Positions 13,150 to 26,597 of a stretch of DNA of 64,000 nucleotides are shown in pieces; position 1 is the stretch's first letter; each line of letters starts with the position of its first letter. The DNA is taken from assembly GCA_028534125.1 (NCBI GenBank), contig CM052817.1:4652001-4716000 (forward strand), given 5' to 3'. Source of the DNA: Lama glama (taxonomy: Eukaryota). The notes below the pieces were generated by a model, which saw only the letters and a program-made list of their open reading frames with translations, made no database searches and had not been told where the DNA came from. The position numbers and the translations under genes were made by a program.

Positions 13150-13686
13150 GCCCTAACGTCGGCTTCCACCTGCCGCCCTCTTTCCTGACTCCGGCCTCCC
13201 CGACCCTGCAGCCAGAGGAATCATCCTGGAGACTAAAAATGATCGTTGCACGCGCAGCCCCATTCCCAGCTCCATGTTTTAACATCTCACCTCGGCCCCT
13301 GCCTCCGTCAGACCCTGCGTGTTAGCCCCCGGACTGTCTTGCTGCTCCCTGAACCCTTAAGACACATTCAAGCCTCCGCTCCTCTGAAGGACCTCTGCCT
13401 GGGGTGCTTCTGCGGCACCTCCTGCAAACTCCTGTCCGAATTCTAAGACAAGCCAAAGGCCGCCTCTTCTGTGAAGCCGTCCGTGATTCCCTTGGGCAGA
13501 GTGGGTCTCTCCCGGCTCTCTGCTCAAAGGACCCTCCATTGCAGTTCCCTGAGATAGCAGATGACAGCTGTTGCCTGTCACTGTGGCTGTGTTTGTACAG
13601 CGGCCTCCCACACTAGACTGTGAGTTTCTGGAGTCTAGGGGCCTTGTCTCTTTGCCCCACAGTCCCTTGTGCCCAGTAAAAGGCCT

Positions 13687-13690
<4 letters not shown>
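13150..13690 (+). mobile_element. L2 3' fragment
   Basis: L2 motifs such as ccccacactagactgtgagtttctggagtctagggg and ctctgcctggggtgct. Confidence 0.55.
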
Positions 13691-13718
<28 letters not shown>

Positions 13719-15518
13719 CTTTCCGTCTCCATCATCAGCATCAGCATCATCCAATCCATCTATTCATTCATTCTCCAGATGCCTACAGAGCACTTACCAG
13801 AGACAACAGAACCAAGAGATGGGCCCAGAGTCAGAGAAACCTGAACTCACTCCTCCCCGGGGCTCTTGCCCTGCTCTGGGACTTCCAAAGATTTATTAAC
13901 ACTCTCTGTGCCTCAGCTTCCTTATCTGTAATACGGGATATTAACAAATTTTCTTACTATGTGCTGTTTTGTGAAGGTTAAGTACATTAATTCATGCAAA
14001 GATGCTCTGAGTCGAATCTAGCACCGCGTAGGCATTCAGTGCATGCTGACTGCCGTTATCATTACTAATAATAAGATGATGGTGACTATTGTTACGTCCT
14101 CGACAACCCAGCCTCCGAATCCCTGCTGGGGAGAAGGGTGAACAAGACAGTCCCAGAGTCGTGAAGAGAGCAGACATGAAGGAAGACAGTTCTAGAATCA
14201 AGTCTTGGATCCCAGTGGTGCTAAGTGGCAGGAAGCTGCAGGGGTGTGGCCAGGACTTGGGGGACAGGACTGACCTTTGGGAGAACCTGCCACCTGCAGC
14301 TTACAACCTGCAGGAGACTTTCGTTCCCACCTGATTTCCTGTTCCTAACCAGGGTTCACCTGTCTTGGAAAATGAATGTGACCCGCCAGCTCTCTGTGCT
14401 CTGCCTGTTTGGGGGACGCTGGCAGGTGAGGGTTTGAGCCTTCCTTCCCCGTGCAGTGGGCTGGGGCCGGCACCGTGGTGGACGTCTGGTCCCAGACCAG
14501 GCTCCGGGCGCACAGACAGAACATGCTGCTGGAAACTCACTAGCGCTGTTGGAAATGCTTTGGTTATGTTTCCATGTGGAACGCAGTGATGAGGAGGATG
14601 GTCATAATTAGACATCTCAGGGTGCTGGAAGCCCGTGCTCAGAGCCCCAAGACTGCCACAGCCCTGGAGGCAAAACCCACGTGCTACCCACGCTATGACT
14701 TCATTCACCCTCCAGCCGTTCTCTCTTCTGTCCTGGTTTTTTGAGCAGTGTCTCTGGGCCTTGGGGGAGCTTTGAGATACTTCTGAGAATCTGAGGCCAG
14801 CTTTGCTCCTCTGCAGAAAGGCAGACTGTTTTGCACAAAATTTAGGAGGACCAAGGACCACCGTCTCCTGAGGATGCTTGTACAAAGCCTGTTGGGATTA
14901 AACCCCACCCTCACTCCAGCCCCACGCAGAACGCTGGCCAATCTGGTGGCTCACGGATTCAGCGTCTCTGCATTTTACGAGGCCTGGGACCTTCCTGCCA
15001 GTTTCTCTTATATACTCACCTAAGCGGGCGGCGGACAGGCTCTGGCAGCCAGATTCTCTGATCCTGGTGGGGTCGGAATGCACATTTCTTCTCTTTGGCC
15101 AATGAGAGGCCGCATAGCCTGCGGGTGAAGGACACAAACCTGGAGCCCCCTGTCCTGGCCCCCTATTCTGGCTTTGCCACTCAAAGAACTGCATGACCTG
15201 CAAATGACTTTGTCTCTCCGCCTCAGTTTCCCCATTTGTAACAGAGAAAGTAAATATGTATTCGGCACAGTTGGTATAAAGATTCAGTGAGTTGAATATA
15301 TGCGGAGCCCTTAGAGCGGAGGCGGGCACGGTCTGAGTAGGCTTGGTGTTAGGTGTCATCCCCGGGCGCTGCTCCAGCACAGCCTTCATTGTGCAGGATG
15401 CGAGCTGACACCCCACGGATGGCAGCGACAGGTGCAGGCTGCCAAGCGTGATGCTACGTGCTGCAGGTGGGGTGATGGAGACACAGCCTGCCCCCCTGAG
15501 AGGTCACACTCCTTGTGC

Positions 15519-15870
15519 TGTATCCAAGTGCTAGGGACCGCATGGCTTAAATGACAGACATTTCTGTTCTCACAGTTCTGGAGCCTGGGAAGTTCAAGAT
15601 CAAAGTGCCGGCCAGTTCTGTTTCTGGTGAAGAATCTCTTCCTGGCTTGCAAACGGCCGCCTTCTCACTGTATCTTCACCCGGCAGAGAGAGGGGGCTCT
15701 GGTCTCTTCCTCTTCCTAGAAGGGCACGAATCCCATCATGGGGTCCCACCCTCATGACCTTATCTAAACCTGAATACTTGCCATAGCCCCCACCTCCAAA
15801 CACCGTCCCACGAGGGATTAGGTGTTCAGCATGTGGATTGTGAGGGACCACAAACGTTCAGTCTGTAGCA
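15519..15870 (-). mobile_element. MaLR LTR (MLT1A/B-like)
   Basis: tctcacagttctggagcctgggaagttcaagatcaaagtgccgg ... ctcatgaccttatctaaacct ... aaacgttcagtctgtagca. Confidence 0.8.
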
Positions 15871-16199
15871 GGCAAATACGAGTGGTGGTGAGTGGACAGT
15901 TGAGTCTGCATCTCCCAAGGGACCGAGGGACTCTGTGGTAAGCGCCTGATGGTTAGCTCTTTTGATTGTGATGTAAGTGCCTGGCATTCAGCTTTTAATT
16001 GTGGAGGCATCTATTTCAAAGACATCCATCTGAAATAAACAGGTTGCCAACTAGACAGCTCCATAAAGCCAGGCTGCACCATCTGTGAAGTCCCTCCTTT
16101 TGGAAAGCTCTGGTTGACCTACTTACCTGACCTCTTGAGTGACCTTCTTTTCTCTCTCTGAACCTTAATTCCTCTTCTTACGATTTAAATTCAGCATTT

Positions 16200-16430
16200 C
16201 AAAGTGACCCAGTGAAACCCCAGACACCCGACCCTTGACTCCTAAAAAGGCAGAGCCCCAGGTCCGTGTTCTCTCTCTCTACTTGTGACCCTGCTGTGTG
16301 GCCTGGCTGTGCCAGGCACCCTCCAGGACATGTGAGTAATAAACCTGGTTTTCTCAAGGTCCTTGATGGTTGTTGCTGGGGCGAGCCTTGCCATCATAAG
16401 GAGAACCACAAGGACCAGTCCAACCTCAAT
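16200..16430 (+). mobile_element. Partial LTR (MER74-like), sense to EVC2
   Basis: ctctctctct..tgtgtggcc..ccaggacatgtgagtaataaacc resembles the R/U5 region of MER74-type LTRs; AATAAA at 16338-16343. Confidence 0.5.
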
Positions 16431-16828
16431 GGTGGCAGGTGGGGGAAACGTCTGTGGGGGCTGCCAAAAGGAGTGTGGGCCCAGGTGAGCACCCCCCGGC
16501 ATCTCCAGCCAGTAGCATCATGGTCCGTAGGCTGGGACCAGCACAAAACAGAGCCCTTCCCTGAGGAGTTTCTTCTAAAGCCAGCGCTTGAAAGAAGACT
16601 CAGAATTGGCCAGGCAAACAGGGAAGGGCTTTGCAGGCAGGGGCCCAGCACGTGCAAAGGCCCGGAGGTGTGAGGCCCTGGTGCAGCATCATCACAGTGT
16701 TTGGCACAGCAGGATGGCGGAGGCAGGCAGAGGAGGTCCTGCCGGGCTTCCAGTGCCGCGCTGAGCAGGGTGGAGGTCATCCTGCCGCCCACCTGCCGTG
16801 TGCTCACTTCCTGTCCCTCTGTATGCAG

Positions 16829-17043
16829 GAGCTCCAGGAGCTGGAGAGGAAGCTGGAGGACCAGCTGGCACACCAGGAGGCAGCCCAGCTGCAGCGGGCC
16901 CTGGCCAGCTGGCAGCAGTGGGCGGGCGAGGGGCCTGGGCTTCTGCAGGAGCCGGAGGAGACGGACTCTGAAAGGCAGGTCTCCACGGTCCTGCGGCAAG
17001 CCCTGAACAAGGGTCAGAAGTTACTGGAGCACCACCAGCAGAG
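16829..17043 (+). CDS. EVC2: EVC2 coding exon (human exon 18 equivalent)
   Basis: gtatgcag|GAG acceptor, AG|gtgagc donor; 215 nt. Encodes ELQELERKLEDQLAHQEAAQLQRALASWQQWAGEGPGLLQEPEETDSERQVSTVLRQALNKGQKLLEHHQQ, in frame with the previous exon. Confidence 0.96.
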
Positions 17044-17659
17044 GTGAGCGAGGGCCCGATGGCACCGTGTGGTGTCGGTCCCTGCAGGCCTGGGGACACC
17101 TGGCCTCTCAGACTCAGCGGGACAAGGCCCACCTGGGCTGTCGTGCTCCCATCTGGCTGTCATCCCAGCACCTGGGCACGAGCTGCCAACTTCATAGCAT
17201 ACTTCTTCCCTGACATCTTCCTTTACTTGATTTTTTTAATCTCTATTTGATATTGATTCCTTTTTAATATTTAACATTGAGGTTTTACAGATTATATTTT
17301 TCAACTTTTTTATTTTGAAATAATTATAGACGCACAAGAAATTTAGCACAGAGGTTCCATGGGCCCATCACCCAGCTTCCCCCAATGGCAACATCTTACA
17401 TGGTCGCAGCACATGAGCCAGACTGGGGATCGACACTGGGACCAGGCAGTGAATACGGGACTTACTCAGGCCTCACCATAAACATAGTATTTTATATTCT
17501 GCTTTTGTAAATTATAAAACAGACAGAGCCTCAATCTTTGTGGTTGTTTTTGGCCTCCTTTTTCAATTAACATTAGATAATTAGCCTTTGCATCATGGCA
17601 TTAAGAGCTCTTGAAAAGATATATTTCCCCCTTTATAGAGCCTAGGTCTCTTTATTTTC

Positions 17660-18240
17660 GAGCTATGATTAACATTCAAGATTATATTAGCTTCAGGTGT
17701 GCAGCATAGTGATTCAGTATTTTTATACACCACGAGGTGATCACTGCAGCAAGACCAGTTACCATCCATCACCGTACAAAGTTGTCACAACATTACTGTT
17801 TTCCGTGTGTCCATTGCATCCCCCTAACTTCTTTGTTTTAGAGCTGGACGTTTGTATCTCCTAATCTTCACCCATATGAACTATCCTTCCACCCCTTGTT
17901 TCCTCTGGCAACCACCAGTTGCTTCTCTGTATCCATGAGTCTGTTTCTATTTTGTTTGTTTGTTTGTTTTGTTTTTTAGATTCCACGTGTAAGTGAAGTC
18001 ATGCAGTATTTGTTTGTCTCTGACTTATTTCACTCAGCATAATACCCTCCAAGTCTATCCACGTTGCCCAAATGTCAAGATTTCATTCTTTTTTACAGCT
18101 GAATAATATCCCATTATATCTATACCTACACCACGTCTTCTTCATCCATTCATCTATGGATGGACACTTAGTTGCTTCCACATCTTAGCTATTGGAAATA
18201 GTGCTGCAGTGAATGTAGGGGGTCATATATCTTTTGGAAA
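17660..18240 (-). mobile_element. L1 3' end
   Basis: tttagattccacgtgtaagtgaagtcatgcagtatttg, atccattcatctatggatggacactta: antisense L1 3'UTR/ORF2 end. Confidence 0.8.
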
Positions 18241-18927
18241 ACCTAATTTTTAACAGCTTCATAGTTTTCTACTGTGAATATAAAATTGATGTGTAAAGGA
18301 TAGGGTGCATGATTCCATTTTTGAAAACACACACAAATTAATTGGAAGAATATAGGCTAAACTGTAACAGATGTGATTTCTGGGAGGTGAGAATATGGGT
18401 GACTTTAATGTACTTAATGTAATGCTTTTCTGTGTAAAGACAACATCAAAGTGCAGTTCTGCTTAACTGAAATAATCGCGTAAAGGACTGAATCTGTTTG
18501 ATCAGAGGGAAATGCTCAGAGAAGCTGACTTTATTTAGACCTGACTGAGGAGTTTAGGGTATTTTCTCCCCTAGTATATTCCATACGTCATGGAAGAAAT
18601 TGCTGGTGATCAGGCTGCTTACACGAAATGTACCTGCAGAGGGTTTGGATTGTATGCACCAGCGAGAATGCAGGATGGATAGCCCGGGACGCCAACTTTA
18701 ATCGGCCAAGGGATCGGCCGAAGACCCCCTGTGGGGGAGTCAGGAAACCGATGGAGACCTCATGTAACAAGGTGTCACCCGGCCTCTGTGGTCAGAGCCA
18801 GGTCCACCCCTGGGAGATGGTTCTGGGCCCACTTCAACAAGGGCACACGGTGGACAAAATCCCGGATCTTGGTCTTCTTGAGCACAGGCATGGGAGCTAA
18901 AATGGAGAGTTTTTAAAGTAGGATCAC

Positions 18928-19409
18928 TGTTGGAGGGCAGAGGGGACGAAAAGTGCTCACCGGACTGAGAAGGCATCTTGAGACCAAGAAACAAGGCAGG
19001 CAGCTCCATGTAACCGATGGCTCTGTTTATTACAGGGTAACTTACAGGGTGGGGTCAGGCAGATGGCAATCCGGAAGCACTCACAGCTGCCCCCAACGCC
19101 GCCGAGGAGCCCCTGGGACAGGTTGATAGTTAACCTAGAGTAGGTGCTTAGAAACAGGACGCACATTCCTAAATCAAGACTTATGAATGGGTCACCAGCC
19201 TCAAGGGCACTAAGACTACATCAGGGAAGGTTTCGTCACTGGGGACTAACAGAGCACAGAGGCCAGCTGGTCCAAATGATTATCAAACAGTATCTATTAA
19301 CTACAAAGCCCTTGATAACAGAGAAGTGATTCACAGCACCGTCCTGGGCGGGTCAGCAAAGGAACAGGAGAAACTGTTAGCACCCAAGATGGCCTCAGTC
19401 ATGCTAACA
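18928..19409 (-). mobile_element. ERV1-like solo LTR
   Basis: TGTT...AACA termini; the minus strand begins TGTTAGCATGACTGAGGCCATCTTG; minus-strand AATAAA (tttatt ~19026). TSD degraded or unclear. Confidence 0.65.
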
Positions 19410-19703
19410 GCCACACAGGTCACGGGTTGCCCTGCAAAGCCACAGGAAAGTCCCCACGGCTCCTACAGAGCTCCTCACTTTGAGGAGCACTGCGTCCTGC
19501 GGGCCCTGCCTCAGCCATTACTTGCAAAGTAATCTGGGTAAGAAGAGGTAAAAGCTTCTTCTGGCTATAACTTTTGACGGATTTAAAAAATATATATTGT
19601 AGATTAGATTTGTGACCCTCTGTGATTTAAGTAACTAGATGATCTGCTCATCGGGTCACTTTACAACAAAACTGGACTCATATAGACTCTGTTTTCACCC
19701 TAG

Positions 19704-19791
19704 TTTGAGAGAGGAGCAAGAGAGCAGTGTTGTGCTTGAAGACCTGCTGGAGAATATGGAGGCCGACACCTTTGTGACCCTGTACGGCCAG
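19704..19791 (+). CDS. EVC2: EVC2 coding exon (human exon 19 equivalent)
   Basis: ttttcaccctag|T acceptor, CAG|gtgaga donor; 88 nt. Encodes (S)LREEQESSVVLEDLLENMEADTFVTLYGQ and completes the split codon from the upstream exon. Too short for the ORF track. Confidence 0.95.
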
Positions 19792-20754
19792 GTGAGACCA
19801 CGTTAGCCACGCCCTGGCTCCACCCCTTGCCAGCACGTCACTTTACCTTTTTCTCAGAGTCCACGTTTCCTCACCTGCCGGACGGGGATGAAAACACGAA
19901 TCTTGGGAGCTGCCAAGCAGATGGGTGAAAACCCCAGCCCAGGGCCAGCACGTAGAGGACATTCGATCAGGGGTCACGGCCGCTGCAGTGACCACAGTGA
20001 TTATTGCCCTGGTCAGTTTCTTTTCTGTGATGGATGATGGACAGGCACCCAAACCTTCTTCCCAGTCTTAAGTAAGTTTAATACAGAGAAGGATCCCCCA
20101 GGAACAAAGCTGGTCACTGAAATCTGGGCCACATAAAGGGGCCTATGAGATTGCACCCACCTTTCAACTTTGTGTTGCGCCTGGAGGTTCTGGCTCATTC
20201 TTGGCCAGGGCTGCAGCAGCTCTCGCCTCCCTTCCCGAGGCCGAGCCCCAAGGCTGTGCGCACGGAGCCACATGCAGGACCACTGACCTACGTCTGCTAC
20301 TAGCTGTGTTTTCTGTGCATCCTAAGGTGGGCTTCCTGGTCTCTGTGAATCCCAGCAAACGTGATTGGTGACAGTGGCTTATGCTAATCACTAGCCGACT
20401 GAAGGAGGATGTCACTGACCTTGCTTCAGTTCGATGACATCATCGTCGCACTCTGATTCTTTCCAGCTTCCCTTCTTGGAGTTCCAACCACCGTGTCTGT
20501 GTTCAGGTCAAGAAGGAGAAGTAGACAGTAACCCTGCTGTCTTTCCTCTCCGAGGAAGTGCATGCCCTGAAGTCCCTGAAGTAAATTCTACTCATGTCCG
20601 AGGACCCCCGGCCGCTGGTCAGGGGCTGCCAGACCAACACGTCCTTCTCAGTCCCCAAAAAGATGGCCAGCAGGGAGCAGGGATGGGGGCGCCTTCAGGT
20701 GTCCAGCCAAGCAGAATCGGGCAGGCTGTCCGCAGGCACACACAGCTCGCCACT

Positions 20755-21340
20755 TGTATTAACTTTTAGCAGAAGTATCAGCAGAAGCTGCTGTCAAAAA
20801 TTACCGCCCGAACACAAATATATTATCTTACGGCTCCGCGGGTCAGGAGTGTTACGTGGATTTTGCCAGACTAAAATCCAAGTGCTGGCAGGTTTGCACT
20901 CCTTCTAAGGCTCTGGGGAGAATCTGTTTCCTGCTCATTTAAGTAATTGGCAGAATTTGGTTCACTGTGGTTGTAGGACTAAGGTCCCCATCTCCTTGCG
21001 GGCTGTCAGCTGAGAGCTGTTCCCAGCTTCTAGAGGTGCTTGCATTTCTTGGCTCATGGCTCCCTTTCTTCATCTTCAAAGCCAACAAATTGTATCTCTC
21101 TGATGCTTCTTACATTGTCGTCACATCTCTCTCTGACCTACCACACTGGGAAATGTTCCCTGCTCTTGAGGACTCAAGTGATGATGAGGTTGGATGCACC
21201 TAGATAATCTAGGGTAATCTCGGCTCAAGATCCTTACCCTGAATCACCTCTACAGAAAGTCCCTTTGCCGTGGAAGACAACATATTCACAGGTCCTGGGC
21301 ATGGACATCTTGGAGACCCTTATTCTGCCAATCACACCAA
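20755..21340 (-). mobile_element. MaLR LTR (MLT1E-like)
   Basis: ggctctggggagaatctgtttcctg, ttggcagaatttggttcactgtggttgtaggactaaggtcccc, catattcacaggtcctggg. Confidence 0.7.
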
Positions 21341-22240
21341 ACAGGAAGCCAAGATCAATGCCAGAAGTGTGAAGGTCCCTGGTGAACTTAATGTGGCTCT
21401 TTCCTCTTTGACATGAGAGCTGACCTGGGCTTTCTAGATACTGGCAGCAAGGGAGCGCCTACCCAGGACAGGACCCAGGAGAGTACTTGCCCCTCATCTC
21501 ACCGTCTGGCAGGTTCTCCCATAACCTCCTCACAAGCAGGTCACGCAGAGGGGAAATTATTGCTGCAGTTCACACTGAGGGGCCAGGTGGAGCTGGGATT
21601 GGAGCCACGTTCTTCCTCCCCCACATCTCCTACAGAATTACCTGAGCTCAAAACGGGATGGGGGAGGGAGCTGAAGTTTTCAGAACACCTGCTGTGCACT
21701 GAGTATCATCCCAGGCCCTTGTGTCTGTTATTCATTTACTACTTGCAGAAAGCTGGGAACTGGGGACTATCTTTTCCATTTTATGAATAGAGAAACCAAG
21801 ACGTGAGGACACCAGGGCTCATCTCCGATCCTTGGGAGCTCAGGATTTAGCCTGGAGTTGGTAACTACACAGGGTGTACTCTTCCTGCTCGGTTTCCCTG
21901 CCGAGCAGATAAGGCCCCTGGCCTGGGGCTCTGTGCGAACTGAGCCACCTCCCACCCTCACTTTGGTTACCCCTCTCTTTCTTCTTCGTTACTAAGAGAC
22001 TTGACAGATGGCCAAAGTGTCACACGTGGAATTTCATCCAGGTTCGTTTCTAGTTTGTTGGCTCTTTTAAACCGTGAACTCTGCTAAAGAATTGGTCCTA
22101 TAAAGATTAGATGCTGCTGGCATGGAAGCCCTGGAGCGCAGGGGCCAGTCAGGGGGTGGTGACTCTTCTCATCACCCTGTACCTTTTATAGTCCCTCCAG
22201 CAAAGTCTAGTCAAGTGTATTTCTTTCTTTCCAGGCCCTG

Positions 22241-22673
22241 TGTATTACTGAGGGTTTTCTAGAGAAACAGAACCACAAGGACTTGGGTGGGGGGTTGGAG
22301 AAAGAGAAGGGGGGGAGAGAGAGAGGTTTACTTTAAGGAATTAGCTCATGTGATTATGGAGACTGGCAAGTCCAATAGGCTGGCAGAGTAGACCAGCAGG
22401 CTGGAGACCTAGGGAAGAGCCAGTGTTGCAGTTCGAGTCCAAAACCCCGCTACTGGCAGAACTCCCTCTGGCTCAGAGGTCAGTCTTTGTTCTATACAGG
22501 CCTTCACCTGATTAGATGAGGCCCACCCACAATGTGGCGGGCAATCTGCTTTAAGCCCACTAATTCAAATGTTAATCTCATCCAAGAGCTCCTTCACTGA
22601 AATATCCAGAATGTCTGTCCAACTATCTTGGCTCAGTGACCCAGACAAGTTGACAGATAAAATTAACCATCAC
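22241..22673 (-). mobile_element. ERVL LTR (MLT2-like)
   Basis: agagaaacagaacc ... taaggaattagctcatgtgattatggagactggcaagtcc ... gattagatgaggcccaccc ... aagttgacagataaaattaaccatcac. Confidence 0.82.
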
Positions 22674-24799
22674 CCTCTATGTGGATTAGTCCTGTATTTT
22701 GCCTGTTTCTTTTTTGTATCAGGCAAAAGAATAACCAGGGAAACCCAGTCCTCCCTCCCTGTCTTCCTGCTCCTCCTAATCTTTCTCATTCCTCCTCCAC
22801 CTTCTTCTCTCCCTCTCCCTCTCTGTCTCCTGATTTATTTCTTGATGATTACAGTGCCTTAGGGACAACATAGTTTGAATTACAAAATTTGCATGAAAGA
22901 TACTTTCCACATTAGCATCCATGTCTTCATATTTATGCAACTTTGCCAGCTCCTTTTTTTGCATATTTATGACAATATGAAGATAACACTCCGAAAGCCT
23001 GCTCTGTGCTAGATACATCACACATCATCCTGGTTAATGCTCGCTGTTGCTCTGGGGACCCTGGCGGTGGGGAGTGCCTCCCCCAGGCACTGCTGCACAT
23101 CCATCAGCCTTTCTGTTATGGTGATGGTCCCAGCGGCAGCTGTTATTAGCCGACTGATGACAAGAGACATGGAGGGGCCCATGACTTGACAGATGAAGAA
23201 ACTGAGGGTCAGAGAGGTGATGTGACTTAACCAAGGTCCCAGTCAGTGGTGGAGCTGGTTTTAAATCAACTTTTCTTCCTTTAAATGCTCTGTTTCACTC
23301 CACTTAAGGCTACTGCACAATTCCCTTTGAAGCAAAGTATTTCCTAATTGCTTCATGGATAAAATGGGCAGGGTGCTTATTTAAAAATGAGTGGTACTAA
23401 CTCAGCAAACAAGAAGCTTCCCTGTGCTGAGTTAGGGAGAGGCTGGACCCCCTCTGTGCTCCTCCCTGAACTCATCTCCTTTACTCCCTCGAGGCTCCAG
23501 CATGACTGTGGCCACTTGTAGACAACAGAGTGGAATTCTTTTTTAACCACATAAGGTGTGACTTGGAGTCAGTTGAACTATGAAGACTCCGACATCCTCT
23601 GAAGAGGCTTTGTTCTTACGTAAATATTTACTCTGTTCCTAGTAAGCGGCAAGGGCTACCCTAGGCACCGGGACTTGAGCAGCAAACAGAAAAGATGCAG
23701 TCCCCGCCCTTGGGAGCTGACATGCTAGTGGGAAGAGCAGGCAATCAACAACACAGATACATAGACTGAGTAGTGTTTTATGGGGATTATGATCTCATTT
23801 TTACAGTTATGCCCCTCCATCCATCAGTCCATCTGTCTGTCTGTCTGTCCATCCATCCATCCATCTATTTACATATACACCTAGAAAGAGTCCTGGAATG
23901 TAGCTTGCCTAATTTTACTGATAATTATTTCTGGATAATGGCACTTGGAATAATTACTTTAACATTAACCTTTGTGCTTTTCTGCATTGTTTGGATTCCT
24001 TAAAATAAGTAGTATTTCTTAAAAATAAAGACAAGGATGAAATATGCCAAGATACACTCAGACAATGATAATCTTTGCCGAGTCCCATGGTGGTGAAGCA
24101 GAGCAGGAAAGAGGGACAGGCAGGGCCTGCTGGCAAGTGTGAGCTTCCTGCCACCCTCCCCTGCGTGGACATCTGGTTCCTGCGTTGCTCTGTGATTCAT
24201 TTCAGTCTCTAGAAATGGCTCCGGATCTTTAAAGCAACGTGGTCCACACAGATGCTTTCTGTGTCACCGCCTTCGGGAAGACTTGACCCAGTGACCTGAC
24301 ATGGGCTGAGGATCATTGGTCAGTAAACTTCCGGGCTGGGAAGGCCATGGCCATGAGCCTGTGGTTCCCCACATTCACCAGGGGGAACCCCAGCTATGCA
24401 GGGTTAGCCTCTGCCTCAGGGAATCTGCAGGGTGTTTATGAAGTCAAGGTTTATCCATCATTTATTTGACACACATCTGTTGATCTCTTTCTCTGTACCA
24501 GGAACTGGGTCAAATGCTGGAGACAGAGGCATATGATACTGACCCCATCCTGAAACCTCACTGGAGACACATAAGAAATTGTACCGTTGTAGTTGAGTTG
24601 ATAAAAACCAATGAGAGATCAGAGGAGAGGCACCGTCCTAGCATATGGGGTCAGGAAAAGCTTCCAGAAAAGCCAACACTCACGCAGAAACCAGAAGAAT
24701 GAGTTGAAGAGAGCCAGGCAGAGAGCAGTGTGGGGAGGAGGGTGTTCTAGGCAGAAGGAAGCGCGTGGGTGTAAGGAAGGAGGTTTGGTACTTACAATA

Positions 24800-26100
24800 T
24801 CACCTTTCCCCAACACTTCACTAAAAACATCGGTCAAGCTCACAAGCAGCGCCATGCTTCCAAATCCAGGGGTCAGGTCTCTGTCTTCGTCTTTGTTGAC
24901 CTCTCCGGCACCTGGCTGGCCGCCCTCTTGGGCATGTTCCTTGGCTCCTGATACCACAGACACCTGGTCTCTCCCGGCCCCACGTTGTCTGTGGCCAGGC
25001 CCCCCTTTGGATGCTGCGCTGCGTCATGGCCTTTAGATGCTGGGGGCCTGAGGACTTGGTCCTTGACCTCCTTTCCTCTCAGCTACATTCGCTCCCCTGC
25101 TGGCGCCATCAACATACCGGTCACTGTCTAACCCCGCCTCCAGACACCTGCCCTGCACGTGAGACGACATCTCTACTAGGGCACCTGTGAAACACGTGAC
25201 ATAGCCTGTCCAAACAGAGCTACAAGTGACTGAGGGTTCTCTCCCCCAAACGTGCACCACCCGTCTCACCAAATGGCACCTCTGTTCACCCAGCAGCCCA
25301 CGTGAGAGGTGGTGGCGTCATCCTCTATTCTCGTCTTTCAGTGAAGCTTGCTGGCTCTGCCATCTTAGTGTCCCCCTCCCGTCACTTCCCACCGCTCCCT
25401 CCCGTCATTCTGGCTCAGGCTGCTAGCATCTCTTGCCCGAAATGCCTCCGTCCTGCTGCCTCTCTTTTTGCAGATGGTCCACTGACCCTGTGTCATCAGA
25501 GTAGTCTTTTAAAAATGAAAATCAGCTCATGGCATTCCTGCTGCTTAAAATCCTGCAGTGATTTCCCATCTCATCGTAAAGACAAGCCAAAATCTCGCTT
25601 AGTGAAAAGGTTCTGTACAATCTGACCCCCAAACCACCTGTCCCACGTTATCCCCTGTCACTCTCCTTCTCACACCAGCCGCACAGGCCTCCTTTGCTCT
25701 CCATCAGACGTGCCAGGTCATCCTCACCTCAAGTCTTTGCTCTTGCCTCCTCTCTGCCTGGAAGGTTCTTCTGTTCCATGGGCGTGTGGCTCCTCACTTC
25801 GTTCAGGTCCCTGCTCAGACGACACCTCTCAGAGGAGCCTTCCCTGGCTACCCATCTCAGACATTGGCCACCTCCTCCCATCACCCTCTGTCTCTATCTC
25901 TTGCCTTGTTCCCATCCTGACGCCCACGTACCACTACCTGATACACAGTCTACTTGTAGGTTTACCATCTGTCTTTCACCTGTGAGCCTTGTGAAGGCAG
26001 AGACTTTGTGTCACTTACTGCTCTGTCTCCAGTGCCTGGAACAGGGTCTGGCCCCCAGAAGGACTCCATCATAGTGTTAATTGAGTGAATAAATGAATGT
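24800..26100 (+). mobile_element. L2 (L2a-like) 3' portion
   Basis: Long pyrimidine-rich L2 body ending ccagtgcctggaacagggtctggc...gttaattgagtgaataaatgaatg. Confidence 0.75.
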
Positions 26101-26111
26101 GTCCTCATCAT

Positions 26112-26597
26112 TTGGCATAACGGCCCACCAAACAAGTCTGCATCCTAATTCCGGGAACCTACGAATAGGACCTTTTATGGCAAAAGGGACTTTGCAGATG
26201 TGATCGTGGAGTTTAAGATGGGGTATTAGCCTAGATGACTGCCATGGGCCCTCAGTGTAGCCGCAAGCGGCCTTAAAGAAGGAAGCAGGAGGAATCACAG
26301 TCTGAAGAGAAGGCCACGTGGCAATGGCAGATGCAGGGCCTGGAGGAAGCACTTTGAAGACAGAGGGAGGGGCCATAAGCCAAAGAATGCAGGCGGCAGT
26401 GAGAGGCTGGAGGTGCCCGGGAAACGGATTCTCCCCGGAGCCCCCAGAAGGAGCCAGCGTGGCTGACCCCTGGACTCTACCCCAGTGCCACTGATTTCAG
26501 TCTTCCGGCCTCCACAGCTGCAGAACAAACGTGTGTTGTCTGAAGCCACTGCGTGTTTGTGGTGATGGGTTACAGCCGCAGCAGGAGGCTCATACAA
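26112..26597 (+). mobile_element. MaLR LTR (MLT1D-like)
   Basis: tatggcaaaagggactttgcagatgtgat, ggggccataagccaaagaatgcaggcggc, gattctccccggagcccccagaagg, gttacagccgcagcaggaggctcataca. Confidence 0.8.
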
